From assembly GCA_000002435.2 (NCBI GenBank), contig CM018793.1: DNA of 64,000 nt, one strand, 5' to 3'. Position numbers and translations under genes: made by a program. This DNA is from Giardia intestinalis (lineage: Eukaryota). Of this stretch, positions 27,668 through 38,451 are shown in pieces. The notes beneath the pieces are model-generated. The model was not told the origin of the DNA. It worked only from the letters and a program-made list of their open reading frames with translations, and made no database searches. The number at the start of each line of letters is the position of its first letter. Position 1 is the first letter of the stretch.

Positions 27668-28435
27668 CTAAGATGTGGGTGTGCGCTTGTGCCTACTTCC
27701 TTTACCTTCGGCATGTGAACTGGTAGTGGAAGAAAGTACGCACTTGCTCATATCAATGATTGTTGACACCTCTACCAGATTGATCTTGTGTGATCGCTCC
27801 TTAGCACGCTGTTCGGCCTTCTCCATCACCTCTTCGAGTCCAGATCGCCCCATGGCGCGTTTGAATAACTTCTCATCACTTTCTCTTTTCCTGACGCGCT
27901 CACAGACAGAGATATAGCCTTTGACGAGCTCTGTGGCTGTCTTTGACCGTGGAGCCATAGGAGACACAAGTGAGTCCATCGAGTCTAAAGTCGGCGAGGT
28001 TGCGAGTCTATGGGTCCCCCTTTGCGGTGAACCGTGAACCTCATATGCAAAATCATAGTTCAATTGAGAGAACAGCTCCAGGTGATCAGGAATAACGGCC
28101 TTTTCTTTTCGCTTGAGAAGGAGGCTAGAGGGGTCTATAGCAGAGGAGCGCGATAGAAGAGATTTGCTATGTACGGGGGACGTTGCTGATCGGTGCACGG
28201 GGGATCTCTCTAAATCTGATCTGTGGGGAAACAGATCGTCTGTGTGTCGGTCGAGTACGCTCCTGTGCCTGATAGTAATGTGCTTTTGAGCTTTCCGTGC
28301 GCTATATACCCCGTTGTATACGTTGGGAACATTGGGGGAGATGGTGTACATGTAACGAATACAGTTTTCTCGCATCTCTTTCTTGTCAATGTGTCCAAAA
28401 GGGTTAAGCTCATGCTTTTTTAGTGCTGTACTCAT
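27668..28435 (-). CDS. hypothetical protein
   Basis: The track start at 28456 is TTG. The first ATG is at 28435 ('MSTALKKHEL'). Ser/Arg-rich. No motif. Confidence 0.3.
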   Translation of the reverse strand: MSTALKKHELNPFGHIDKKEMRENCIRYMYTISPNVPNVYNGVYSARKAQKHITIRHRSVLDRHTDDLFPHRSDLERSPVHRSATSPVHSKSLLSRSSAIDPSSLLLKRKEKAVIPDHLELFSQLNYDFAYEVHGSPQRGTHRLATSPTLDSMDSLVSPMAPRSKTATELVKGYISVCERVRKRESDEKLFKRAMGRSGLEEVMEKAEQRAKERSHKINLVEVSTIIDMSKCVLSSTTSSHAEGKGSRHKRTPTS

Positions 28436-28503
28436 TGGTTTGTTGTGATGGACCAAAGAAAGGACCAGTAGAAAGAAATAAACTTTTGGTTTAAGTCAAA
28501 GGG

Positions 28504-31500
28504 ATGTCACGATCGAAAAGATACAGCAATTGGCAAGAGCTCCGTGTGTCAGACTTGACCCAGGCTGCCTTAGCTGTCAGAGTGTGCGACCGGGAACGCG
28601 TGTTTGTTTATTCAGTTAATCTGCCAAAAGGGGCAACCGTTGAGCCCAGCTCCTTAAGAAAATCTATGGAATTAGTTCAGTCAGTCTCTGCATGCATGAC
28701 GTACAGCGACATGCACTATAACAAAGAAGAGAACAAACTCCTGTTGGAGAGACCTACACGACATTGCATTTCGCTCTATGAGTACGGGGCCCTTTCCACT
28801 CAATTTCTGATACCTCCACATGCTAATGAAGACGTGCAACGGTATCGTTATGCTTTCAACTGTTCTGATGGCCTTTCCGAGATATACCTTTGGAAAATCG
28901 TGAAGTACCTACTAGATACATTTGTGAGGCTGCATGATCCTTATGCTTGGCCTGACTTCCGGCCTCGGCCTCACCTACTTCTTTCACCTTCCAACATCAT
29001 CGTAGGCCCTGACGATAGTTTCCTCTTAGAAGCAGCCGGAGTTTCTCATCTTCTATCCACTCCCAACCGGCACCGACGTAGTTGGTATTGTGCAATGGAA
29101 AACACTAACCTCTCTTCCCACGTCAACGATGCACAAAATGCAAGCGACAACTTTTCCATCATAGCAGCAGAGTATGTGGAGAACTTCTTTTCACGGTTTA
29201 TAGGAGAGAGCCGGGACGCCTCCAACATCATTGCAATAGAGGGCGTATTTGGATTAGACCGTTCAACCAGAGAGAATAGACTTGATAACCTTTTCAGATT
29301 GACCCAGATACTCACTTTTGAGCTAGTATCACGTAGCTTAAATTCAGGAGATAACGATGCCGCCACAGACTCACTAGTATTCTACTCAGCGTACATTGAT
29401 GACGACCCTGATACTAGGCTCTACACTAGCGCGGGTTTTCCGCAAATCCCTCTGGATCTAGAAGATGCCAGTGATGATTTTTTCTTGGAGGCATGCGATT
29501 ACCATGATCCTGCTGCTCTGACTTTACTGACAGAAGACTTCACAACGAAGCTTGACGTGTTTCTTCTAGGAGTTACGCTCATTACACTAACTATAAGAAA
29601 CCAGTGCCGACACTCTATCGTATCTCAGATTATCAACACCGTAAAGGCTCTAGACTCTTGGAGAACACTGATAACAAATGGCATAACAAAGGAGAAGATA
29701 CTGGATCTTTTTCAGCCAGTTGTGCAGAGCATAGTCACTGCAGGCTATTCTAGCCAACTTGCCACGTTCATAGCAACGTGCCTTATCCCCAACCCGCAAC
29801 TGCGTCCTTCTATGCACGAATTAAGAACCCTGTACGACAGCCTCTCCCAGCCTGTACTGAAGAACTCGTGGTGTCTGTACTCATTGTTCCGGAGTAGATC
29901 CTATAATATGTCTAATACAGTTAAGTACGAACTTAATGCAACTGGTGTTAGATTTGCCAAAAAGGCTACAGAGCTGATGAAAGCAGTCCGCTCCTTTGAA
30001 AATGATTTAATACCGCACTACTTGGACGACCTTCTTGTGGTTGATGTCACCACAGGAAGGACTGCACTGATGGTGGCCGTAGAGAAGGACAATATTGATG
30101 CCATTCAGTATCTACTCCAAGAGGCTGGCGTTGAGCTAGTAAGAGGGGCATCTCTGGCCGCAAAAGACCGTGGACTAAGACGATTTGACCTTCAGGCTTC
30201 ACTGTATGATATGGCTATCCCAGAGTCGGTCGTTTGCGGCTTTACTGCGCTTACGTTGGCCATAAAAGCCAGAAATACTGCTGCGATAAAACTTCTTGCG
30301 CCTCTGGAGGTGGGCTTTGGGGGCTTCACAAGCTTGATGGCTGCAGCAGTTGCCAATGACTATCACGCTGTCTGTTTATATCGGAGTGATGCAGGTAAGT
30401 ATTGCGAGGGCACGACAGCGCTCATGTTGGCACTTCTTTTTGGACACGTCAAGTGTTGTGAGCTCTTGCTCTGCGAGCTCTACATGACTGACGCCCAAGG
30501 AAGAACTGTACTGTCTTATGGTGCCTCCATCGAAAATCCATCGGCAAACGTCAAAGCTGCTTTGGCATACCTTGCACGGGAATGGATCTATTCGACGTCT
30601 GTGGATCCGTTAATATCTCGAGTTATTGCAGCGCGCTTGATTGATCCTGAAAACTCACACTCATTTGTAAGTACTTATCATGGATTGGCTGCGGCCACTT
30701 CCCCGATAGAAGTACCGGTAGATGGTATGCAGGTCTCTGCCATTGTCCACGCCCTACAATTAAGGGACTTTGATGCTCTGCAGGCCCTTCTTCCGATATA
30801 CCACCATTCTACCCATCAGACGCTAAACCTGCTTGAGCTGTCACTTAAGTACAGGGATCTTCCTGCAACAGACTTGATCTCTGAGTTTCTTGTGGCTCAG
30901 GGGATCTCTATGAAGGTGTCCGGTTCAACGGGTATCAAAGTTACTCAACACACGCCCCTAATGAAAGCGGCTCTCAATAATGACGTCACTGGGGTACTCC
31001 AGCACCGGAAACAGTACGGGAGGATGATCATTTCGAGGGTTTACTTCTTCTATTTCAACTTTCACTTCACTATTTCTCCGCTTGACCCTAGCCAGCAGAT
31101 TACTGCTCTTATGATGGCAGCCAAAAAAGGGCATCTCGAATGCGTCAAGTGTTTGCTGTGCGAGCTAGGAATTAGGACCTCTCTGGGGAATACTGCATTG
31201 ATGTTTGCCATTCGTTCCAAAAGGCTGGATTGCGTGCGATATCTTCTTCCTGAGCGTAACATACATAATACCTATGGCCGCACTCCTTTGATGACGGCTG
31301 CAGAGGTGGGTTTCCCAGAAGCCGTCGAGCTGCTCTGTCCCGATACAAGAATGACTGACAACTCAGGAGAAACCGCACTGCTTATTGCCTTGGTTTGCAA
31401 AAACGCAGACTGTGTTGCTCTTTTGCAGGATCAGATAGGGTATGCTGGAGTAACTCAGCTTATGGTTTATGCAGCCCTAGGAGATGTCGAAGCAATCAAG

Positions 31501-32271
31501 GCTTGCTTGGAGACTGAGACCGATCATGGTCACCTGCTTTGCAAGAAAACTATCGGTGATTGGACCGCCCTTATGTTTGCAGTCCTGTATAACAATTTAG
31601 AATGTGCACAGCTCTTGATGAGAGAAGCAGGGATTTCAACAACGACCAAATATACAGCCCTTCTGCTAGCAGCCCACAACCGCTGTTACGGTGCAATACC
31701 GCACCTAATTGATGAATCCGATGAGGAAAACATGACGAAGCTTATGGCTTACGCAGCTATTGGCAATCTAGACGGTGTCGAAGCTAATTTACGGTATTTG
31801 AAAAAACGCAACGTGCTAGGATGGACTGCTCTAATGTATGCAGCAGCGGCTGGTCACGCAGATTGCGTTAGTGCTCTTTTAGAAGAAGTCACGCTCACAG
31901 ATACTGATGACGAGACTGCGCTCATGAAAGCCGCAGAGAATGGAAACGTAGGATGTGTGATGCTTCTTTTAACGTTAGTTTCGCAGCGGTCAAGTAAGGG
32001 CCAGACTGCACTAATGAAGGCGGCCAAAAAGGGATGCGTTGACTGCATTCCTCTTCTTTCTAACGAACTGACAATTAAGGATAATAAGAATAGAACTGTT
32101 ATGATGCATGCGGCTAGCTTTGGACAGCTCAAGTTTCTTCAAGCGCTGCCACCTGACGGGGTGCTTGATAAAGATATAAATGACCAAACAGCAAAAGAAC
32201 TTGCTAAGGAACACGGTCACGAGGATTGTGCTAATTATCTGCATGAACTGGAGGCTGCCATTATCTCTTGA
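28504..32271 (+). CDS. NEK-like pseudokinase fused to Giardia 21.1-type ankyrin repeats
   Basis: The N-terminal ~450 aa have kinase-like architecture but lack the GxGxxG loop and HRD ('RPRPHLLLSPSNIIVGPDD' in place of HRDLKPxNIL). This is followed by >20 ankyrin units of the form 'TALMMAAKKGHLECVKCLL', 'TALMFAIRSKRLDCVRYLL', 'TPLMTAAEVGFPEAVELL'. ATG verified. Confidence 0.6.
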   Translation: MSRSKRYSNWQELRVSDLTQAALAVRVCDRERVFVYSVNLPKGATVEPSSLRKSMELVQSVSACMTYSDMHYNKEENKLLLERPTRHCISLYEYGALSTQFLIPPHANEDVQRYRYAFNCSDGLSEIYLWKIVKYLLDTFVRLHDPYAWPDFRPRPHLLLSPSNIIVGPDDSFLLEAAGVSHLLSTPNRHRRSWYCAMENTNLSSHVNDAQNASDNFSIIAAEYVENFFSRFIGESRDASNIIAIEGVFGLDRSTRENRLDNLFRLTQILTFELVSRSLNSGDNDAATDSLVFYSAYIDDDPDTRLYTSAGFPQIPLDLEDASDDFFLEACDYHDPAALTLLTEDFTTKLDVFLLGVTLITLTIRNQCRHSIVSQIINTVKALDSWRTLITNGITKEKILDLFQPVVQSIVTAGYSSQLATFIATCLIPNPQLRPSMHELRTLYDSLSQPVLKNSWCLYSLFRSRSYNMSNTVKYELNATGVRFAKKATELMKAVRSFENDLIPHYLDDLLVVDVTTGRTALMVAVEKDNIDAIQYLLQEAGVELVRGASLAAKDRGLRRFDLQASLYDMAIPESVVCGFTALTLAIKARNTAAIKLLAPLEVGFGGFTSLMAAAVANDYHAVCLYRSDAGKYCEGTTALMLALLFGHVKCCELLLCELYMTDAQGRTVLSYGASIENPSANVKAALAYLAREWIYSTSVDPLISRVIAARLIDPENSHSFVSTYHGLAAATSPIEVPVDGMQVSAIVHALQLRDFDALQALLPIYHHSTHQTLNLLELSLKYRDLPATDLISEFLVAQGISMKVSGSTGIKVTQHTPLMKAALNNDVTGVLQHRKQYGRMIISRVYFFYFNFHFTISPLDPSQQITALMMAAKKGHLECVKCLLCELGIRTSLGNTALMFAIRSKRLDCVRYLLPERNIHNTYGRTPLMTAAEVGFPEAVELLCPDTRMTDNSGETALLIALVCKNADCVALLQDQIGYAGVTQLMVYAALGDVEAIKACLETETDHGHLLCKKTIGDWTALMFAVLYNNLECAQLLMREAGISTTTKYTALLLAAHNRCYGAIPHLIDESDEENMTKLMAYAAIGNLDGVEANLRYLKKRNVLGWTALMYAAAAGHADCVSALLEEVTLTDTDDETALMKAAENGNVGCVMLLLTLVSQRSSKGQTALMKAAKKGCVDCIPLLSNELTIKDNKNRTVMMHAASFGQLKFLQALPPDGVLDKDINDQTAKELAKEHGHEDCANYLHELEAAIIS

Positions 32272-32302
32272 CTGTCAAGGAGGAGCTGAGAAATGTGTGT
32301 AT

Positions 32303-32309
32303 ATTCACT
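32303..32309 (-). promoter_or_regulatory. poly(A) signal AGTGAAT overlapping the TGA stop of the ankyrin gene
   Basis: Plus-strand 'attcact' is AGTGAAT on the minus strand. Stop codon TGA (32305-32307) is embedded. Confidence 0.4.
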
Positions 32310-34665
32310 TAGACTCCTGCTCATTGAGAAATACGCTTTCAGTCATCATATTAACTACCGAATTATTTGCTGAAGCATTAGAAACAGCTAATGTTGCGAT
32401 TTGTTCTTGTAAGAGTACAATTGCTTCTTTCATCTGCTCCATATTGACCGTGATCTCCCGGAGCTCCTTATCCTTTTGTTGTAAACGCTCTCTCATGACT
32501 CCTATCTCGCTATCCTTCGCTGAGAGTATGTTTTTCAGTATCTGTATGTCTGTGTCACGCCGCTCATCGCGCTCCTTCAGCTCAGCCATTTCGCTTGTTA
32601 TGGAGGCTAAGAGCTTGGAGTCTATGTTACTCATTGGCCTAGTGTGTCCCCCATGAGTCTCCACGGCGCCAGGCAAGCCCCGAGACGCACCAGAAAGACT
32701 TCCTCCCAGTGCATAGCTTGGGCTCCGCAGCTCGACGCTCGGCCCACTATTTGTCATATGCTCATCTCTATTCATGACGTCTACATTGTCCAGTCGTAGG
32801 AGGATGGGAACAGTTAGCACTTCAACCTGGCCTTCTTCTAAAGCCACAGTTAGATAGGTCTTCCCACACTTGTTTCTTATGTGGCCTTCATAAGGGACCA
32901 AAGCCATCACACAAGAGAGATGCCCGTGCATCGCTGCATGCATGAGGGCAGTGTATCCTGATGAATCCCTGAGCTGAGATTCATGGTGAATAAGTAGGTC
33001 TACGCAGTCCAGTCTTCCTGCAGCGGCGGCCAACATAAGAGCAGTCCTTCCATATTTGTCCGTGGTTCCTTTTTCCTTGTCAAGAAGAAGCTTTGTTGCG
33101 ATAGCGCATCCAGCCTTTGCTGCATACATGAGAGCTGAAGTTCCTGTCTTGTCCTTCCGGCAGCACTCATACATCAAAAGTAACGATACTATGTCTGATT
33201 GATTAGCGTCTGCGGCATGCATGAGCGCCGTCTTTCCGTGTGCATCGGTTAGACACGCTTCTTCATCCATAAGAGTCCTGCAAATATTGAGGTATCCTCT
33301 TGATGCTGCGCGCATCAGCGCACTCTGCCCTGTCTTATCTCGTATTCCTGCCTCGACATCAAGCATGGACAAGGCCTCTTCAGCGCCCACTTGTGCAGCA
33401 AACATCAGGGCGGTCCGGCCTTGCCCGTCTGTCATGTGGCCTTCTCTGTTAACAAGAAGCGACACAATAATTGAGTGATTGCAAAGTGCAGCGTACATCA
33501 GCGCTGTGTGCCCGCATGCATTCTTTCGTCCGGCCTCTTTCTCCATCAGCATTTCAACTATCTCTCGATCGCCAGCAATAGTTGCGTACATCAAGGGAGT
33601 CCAGCCTGCAGCGTGGCTGATGTCCGCTTCGCAACTGAGCAGACACTTTGCGGCGTCTGGATGACCCGCCTCCATCGCCAACATGAGAGCTGTCTTGTCT
33701 GTTCTGTCACGTATGCTTCCTTCCCGCTGAGCAAGCAGGCGTACGATATTACAGTGGCCATTCTGTGCGGCGCACATGAGAGCCGTGCGTCCAGACTCTA
33801 ACCTCATGCAAGACTCTTTGTCAATCAGCAATTCGCATATGTCGTAGTGGCCGGCCCGTGCTGCAAACATCAAGGCAGTCCACCCAAATGAGTCTGCCAG
33901 ACCTGACTCCTTCTCGTACACCAACTTCACAATGTCTATGTGACCCGACGTGGCTGCTATCATGAGTGCAGTCGATCCGAACTTCAGTTTTTTTCCTGCT
34001 AGTCTCGGTGCAAGTGCCCTCGCAAGGTCTACGTCATTGGTAGCGGCGGCATACATAAGATCTGTCCAGCCAAACGTTGTTGATATCTCGTTCTCCGAGT
34101 CATACAAAATCTGAACTATATCGCCGTGTCCGTTGACGGCTGCATAGAGCATCGCAGTCATGTGACTCTTTGATATGTGGCATGCTTCCTTTTTATATAA
34201 AATCTTGACAATCTCTGCATGGCCATTCCTTGCGGCATGCATTGTAGCAGTCCATCCATATGAATCAACGCAACCCGCCTCCTTATCCACAAGCAGCTTT
34301 GCAATATCATAGTAGCCCTGTTCGGCCGCATGCATGAGCGCGGTGGTCTGTCCCTGCTGCTGGTGTGCTGCAGATGAATTTGTCATTGAGACATGCAGTT
34401 TAACAGTCTTTGCATCCTGATGCTTTGCTGCGTCGAGTAGCGTGCTCCCGGGGCTTATGCTCCGTGCTATCATCGACCGCGGGCTTGGCGGCCGAATGCT
34501 CAATGACATTGGACTGGTGCTCCGGATCAAGGCAGCCCCGGGGCTCGCTCCTCTCAATCCAAAGTGTCTCGGGGTTACTGGTCGGACTGAGTTGGCCCCG
34601 ATGCTTGGGGCACGTGGGACGACCGGTGCTATGCGCGAAGTCATGGCCGTACCGTCGCGGAGCAT
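32305..34665 (-). CDS. ankyrin-repeat protein (protein 21.1 family) with C-terminal coiled coil
   Basis: ATG verified. About 20 tandem ankyrin units ('TALMHAAEQGYYDIAKLLV', 'TALMFAAQVGAEEALSML'...) followed by a heptad-repeat tail. AGTGAAT poly(A) motif overlaps the TGA stop at 32303-32309. Confidence 0.7.
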   Translation of the reverse strand: MLRDGTAMTSRIAPVVPRAPSIGANSVRPVTPRHFGLRGASPGAALIRSTSPMSLSIRPPSPRSMIARSISPGSTLLDAAKHQDAKTVKLHVSMTNSSAAHQQQGQTTALMHAAEQGYYDIAKLLVDKEAGCVDSYGWTATMHAARNGHAEIVKILYKKEACHISKSHMTAMLYAAVNGHGDIVQILYDSENEISTTFGWTDLMYAAATNDVDLARALAPRLAGKKLKFGSTALMIAATSGHIDIVKLVYEKESGLADSFGWTALMFAARAGHYDICELLIDKESCMRLESGRTALMCAAQNGHCNIVRLLAQREGSIRDRTDKTALMLAMEAGHPDAAKCLLSCEADISHAAGWTPLMYATIAGDREIVEMLMEKEAGRKNACGHTALMYAALCNHSIIVSLLVNREGHMTDGQGRTALMFAAQVGAEEALSMLDVEAGIRDKTGQSALMRAASRGYLNICRTLMDEEACLTDAHGKTALMHAADANQSDIVSLLLMYECCRKDKTGTSALMYAAKAGCAIATKLLLDKEKGTTDKYGRTALMLAAAAGRLDCVDLLIHHESQLRDSSGYTALMHAAMHGHLSCVMALVPYEGHIRNKCGKTYLTVALEEGQVEVLTVPILLRLDNVDVMNRDEHMTNSGPSVELRSPSYALGGSLSGASRGLPGAVETHGGHTRPMSNIDSKLLASITSEMAELKERDERRDTDIQILKNILSAKDSEIGVMRERLQQKDKELREITVNMEQMKEAIVLLQEQIATLAVSNASANNSVVNMMTESVFLNEQESK

Positions 34666-34692
34666 GAGAAAGTTTAAGAGGTAGGGGAAAAT

Positions 34693-34699
34693 GTTTACT
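34693..34699 (-). promoter_or_regulatory. poly(A) signal AGTAAAC 20 nt downstream of the stop of the 34719-35882 gene
   Basis: Plus-strand 'gtttact' is AGTAAAC on the minus strand. It lies ~28 nt upstream of the next gene's ATG at 34665. Confidence 0.4.
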
Positions 34700-34718
34700 G
34701 AGTTTGAATTTTTGGATT

Positions 34719-35882
34719 TTATTCGGTTAAATCGAATACGATGTTCTGCATCATGGCCTTCAGGCGCTCTGCGTCTTGCTCTTGAGTCTTTAAGTTCCTT
34801 TTCTGCACCTCAAGCACTAATTTTTCGGCAGCCAACTCCTCCTGCAGCTGAGCATGAGACGAAACGTCTGTCAAAGCTCGCTGAGCAGCCTTGGTAAGTT
34901 GCTCTATCACTGTCTTTTGCTCCTGGATCACTGCCCTGAGAGAAGTAACAAGCTGATCGGAGGAGTCCTGCTCGTAGGCGTTGGTCCTTTGGGTCTTGCT
35001 GCTATCCCGTAAAGCCTTCCGTATGTCACTAGCCAAGCTCTTCGCAGTCTTAGCACAGAGCTCCGGCTTGTCAAACTGAAGGGGCGCTTTGTCATAGATA
35101 CCTCGATCTTCCAGCACCTCAAAGTGCAAGCTTCTGAGTTCCGAATCCAGCTGGCGAATTGCATTCCTATAATTCTGGATTGTGATGGTTGATTGCTCGT
35201 CTACAGATTGCTTGCCCTGTGCTTGTTGTTGGGATTGTTTGGGGTTATCTGGACACAGTAAATTGAATAGGTCGGAATTATCAGGATTATCAAGTCTCAG
35301 TCCCCCAACTCCTCCGCCCATACCGAGGTAAGATCTAAGTCTGTCAGTCAGCGCCTTGTTTTCGTAAATTACCTTTCGCTTGGCATGCTCGAGCTGCTTG
35401 TAACGCCTGGTGAGGTCGTCGTATGAGGCTGTAAGAGAGCGGAGCTCCTGCTTGAGATTTGTAATGGTCCCTCGAAGCTCGTTTTCTAAGGCCTTCGCGC
35501 CTTGAAGAGAAAAGGTTAACTCACGGAGTTGCTTATCGTGGGCGTCGTTGGTACGCTCTAGCCGCGTGTCCTTCGCTCTATTGTTACTCTGGAGCCTAGA
35601 TATTTCATCGGCCAGGACAGAGTTATCCTCCTGTACCCTTTGGAGCTGCTTAAGGACTTCGTAGACACAGTTGACGGTGGATACTACGTCATCTCCGTCC
35701 ATTTTCAAGCTCAGCTTCAACATTCCGGCCTTACCGGGTCCAAGGAGTGCACCCAACCGTGCTATCAGCTGCTGTGTGCAGGGATACACTGCAGCGGCAC
35801 TCTCACAGAACCCAGAATGCGACACCTTGTCTGGTAATGGTATTCCATCTATGTATGCGCCTAATGTCATATCGTCGTCCAT
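34719..35882 (-). CDS. coiled-coil protein (hypothetical)
   Basis: The track start at 35906 is TTG. The first ATG is at 35882 ('MDDDMTLGAY'). Heptad repeats over most of its length. AGTAAAC sits 20 nt after the stop (34693-34699, minus strand). Confidence 0.45.
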   Translation of the reverse strand: MDDDMTLGAYIDGIPLPDKVSHSGFCESAAAVYPCTQQLIARLGALLGPGKAGMLKLSLKMDGDDVVSTVNCVYEVLKQLQRVQEDNSVLADEISRLQSNNRAKDTRLERTNDAHDKQLRELTFSLQGAKALENELRGTITNLKQELRSLTASYDDLTRRYKQLEHAKRKVIYENKALTDRLRSYLGMGGGVGGLRLDNPDNSDLFNLLCPDNPKQSQQQAQGKQSVDEQSTITIQNYRNAIRQLDSELRSLHFEVLEDRGIYDKAPLQFDKPELCAKTAKSLASDIRKALRDSSKTQRTNAYEQDSSDQLVTSLRAVIQEQKTVIEQLTKAAQRALTDVSSHAQLQEELAAEKLVLEVQKRNLKTQEQDAERLKAMMQNIVFDLTE

Positions 35883-36333
35883 GAGTTTGTCGGGCTGCTC
35901 CGTCAACGATCCACAGAAACTGGTAAGGAAGTAAATTTTTGGGGTCTGTGTCTCGAATCGATGGGCCAGCGCTTCCCCTATTCCGGCAGTTCAAGCTTTT
36001 TGTGGGGACTCAGCATAATGCAATCCATCTACTTACCAAACGATGCTGTTGTTCGCTAAGTTTTTCTAATGATAAGCAAAAGCAGCGTAAAAAGTCGATA
36101 TATTTCAAAACCTTCTTCTGTAATCTGCTTCCACAGATGATATTTTAGGACCCTGTTATCTTGGCTCAATCAGAAAATATTGCCTATAAGCTCTATAAAA
36201 AACCTGATGGGCTGCGAAGATCGGGATTGAGTATCTTTTTCTAGATAAAACGCTGTACAGGTGCCCATAGAGTCTATAAATCTATTTTCTCAAAGGGGCT
36301 CGAAAACTCTCATCAAAATTTGAGAAAATCTCC

Positions 36334-38451
36334 ATGTCTATTAAATCCACTTACAGGCCTCCAATTTCACTTCAGCACTCCGCAAACAGGTATGTTATAG
36401 AAACGAACAATCCAGCTCCTCCGACCCTTTGTTTAGACGACCGATCTACCTACCCAATAAGTCAGCATGCGAGGACAACTAAGTATGCGAGTAAAACACA
36501 AAGCCACGAACAAGGGACGAACAGGTCCACTAAGCCTTCTGCATCCATGGAATCGTCTTCAATGACGTCCTTTCTGAAGGCCAAAAGCTCAAGGGAACTA
36601 GACATCAATGGACACATCTGTCCAGATTTGGAAGTTGACAAAATCTCTCTAGAGGCTGGTCACCCGCGAAAGAGAAGTAAGGTGTCTGTTGCGCTGCCCA
36701 TTGTATCCTCGGCTACTAGAATCTGCTCAAGCTTAAGTAAAGCTCAGCCACCGGAAAATCTCTTGAACACTCCAATCGAAGGTCTCACTAAGTCTCAGGA
36801 CGACTCTTCGGTTGACAGCCCACTTGACAACGATCGGCTAAATCAGGGGACAGCGTCCCTCAATAGAATCAATCAACTGCTTCCTCAATCCGAAGCATCG
36901 CAATTGTGCAGGTCATTAGAAAAAAATAATAGTTCCTTCTATCCGGTACTTATTGATAAAGCCTCAAATACAATGGTGAACCACATGCAGACAGCCTGGC
37001 AGGCATCCCTTGAGCAGAAGTATTCACAAATTGACACAGATGCGAAGGACGCCTTACTTTCTTCATCCAATCCTAACGCCTCTATTGGTAGGCGTGATAG
37101 GTATGTATTGTCAGTCGAACAATTCTTTACTCGAGAAGGAAAGGGGATTAACGGAAGGTGTAGAGTGCATGGTGACACTATTAAATCTCCAACAGGTGCA
37201 GGGTCCTGTGCACACCCGAGAGCGACAGCAGTTGATAGAGCCTTGGGAGGTACCCTTTCCCTATCTGCCCCAGGGGATTATTGCGGCCACCACAAACTTT
37301 GTAACAGTATCTATTCATCTGCACGCGAGCATAACGAGCAGCATCACCAGTCTCTGATCGAGGCACCTCTGTCTCATCTTGTTCCGCAGCGACCATATAC
37401 AGCTCTCAATAGAATCCCGCATGTTCTTAGTGATCATATGAAATTCTTGCAAGAACCTAGGAAGCGTGCTATACGTGCACTTATAAAATCTCTTCCTGCC
37501 ACTGTCAAAGCTAGTTCTATTCCTTTGAAACCCATTTCCGCAACCACACAACAACTCGGCTCCACTGACCCACCCATGCATGTACTGATCAATGGAGAAC
37601 AAGTCCCAATAACATATTCAACCGATGACTCCCCAGTTGTGTCCAAGTTGAGAAACAACTTCTCTTACACGGATTTAGAATTTACACTTGGTGCACATAC
37701 AAATTTGAATACTAGACTGAGGACAGAGACAAAGGTGGATACCAGTACACACCAATACCTGCAAAAGAGAGCCACGGAGATAGACATAGCCCAGCAATCA
37801 GAAAAGCTAGAGCAATTAGAGCAGCTAAAGCAATCACCACCCAAGCACCAACTTGATAGCAAAGATACACGAGCACAGAAGCGTAGCATATTGATTAACA
37901 ACGTTTGCTCAGTGCCATTGAGGGCATCACCAACGAAGAATCCTTTCTGTTCACCCCTTAACTTCTCAAATGTCGATAGTGACGAAGACTGCACACATAC
38001 GTGCAATTCGCTGAGTGATTTATTGGACAATTCGGTAACTAAGCAAAGAACGACGAGTAATATATTAATTTTGAAAAGACGCGAGGATGTCTTGAAAAAC
38101 GATACACTGCGCAGCATAGCCAATAGCTTAAAGAGTTTAGAAGCCATGCAACAGACACGAAAGTCTAGTAGATCCTTTGCTAAGGCCCAGCAAAACAGTG
38201 TCACCGAGATCCTCCCTAGTTACAAAGAAAACACAACGAGAGTACCCTCACCACACTCTCCGCATTCTCCAAGGAAAAGAGCGGGGGAGCACAATAGCCT
38301 TGAGAGGACACTCCATCTAAAAGACTTAGCAATGCAATCGATGGGCCTGGAGCCTACGCAAAGCTACAACAACTGTGCACCCATCAATTCTGTATCTTCA
38401 GCGTTTCCACAAACTGCAAAGAGCACGCGTTTCTTCACCTTCAATGCTTAA
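36334..38451 (+). CDS. Ser/Thr/Asn-rich hypothetical protein
   Basis: 705-aa ORF, ATG verified and preceded by 'catcaaaatttgagaaaatctcc'. Low-complexity and polar. No motif. Confidence 0.4.
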   Translation: MSIKSTYRPPISLQHSANRYVIETNNPAPPTLCLDDRSTYPISQHARTTKYASKTQSHEQGTNRSTKPSASMESSSMTSFLKAKSSRELDINGHICPDLEVDKISLEAGHPRKRSKVSVALPIVSSATRICSSLSKAQPPENLLNTPIEGLTKSQDDSSVDSPLDNDRLNQGTASLNRINQLLPQSEASQLCRSLEKNNSSFYPVLIDKASNTMVNHMQTAWQASLEQKYSQIDTDAKDALLSSSNPNASIGRRDRYVLSVEQFFTREGKGINGRCRVHGDTIKSPTGAGSCAHPRATAVDRALGGTLSLSAPGDYCGHHKLCNSIYSSAREHNEQHHQSLIEAPLSHLVPQRPYTALNRIPHVLSDHMKFLQEPRKRAIRALIKSLPATVKASSIPLKPISATTQQLGSTDPPMHVLINGEQVPITYSTDDSPVVSKLRNNFSYTDLEFTLGAHTNLNTRLRTETKVDTSTHQYLQKRATEIDIAQQSEKLEQLEQLKQSPPKHQLDSKDTRAQKRSILINNVCSVPLRASPTKNPFCSPLNFSNVDSDEDCTHTCNSLSDLLDNSVTKQRTTSNILILKRREDVLKNDTLRSIANSLKSLEAMQQTRKSSRSFAKAQQNSVTEILPSYKENTTRVPSPHSPHSPRKRAGEHNSLERTLHLKDLAMQSMGLEPTQSYNNCAPINSVSSAFPQTAKSTRFFTFNA

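Noticed and set aside
36334-38451. Possibility that the Ser-rich 705-aa ORF is non-coding low-complexity DNA
   Set aside because: A verified ATG follows a typical AT-rich initiator. The frame stays open for 2.1 kb with varied, non-repetitive codons, and the 25-bp convergent spacing to the next gene fits the local gene pattern. I kept it as a CDS with modest confidence.
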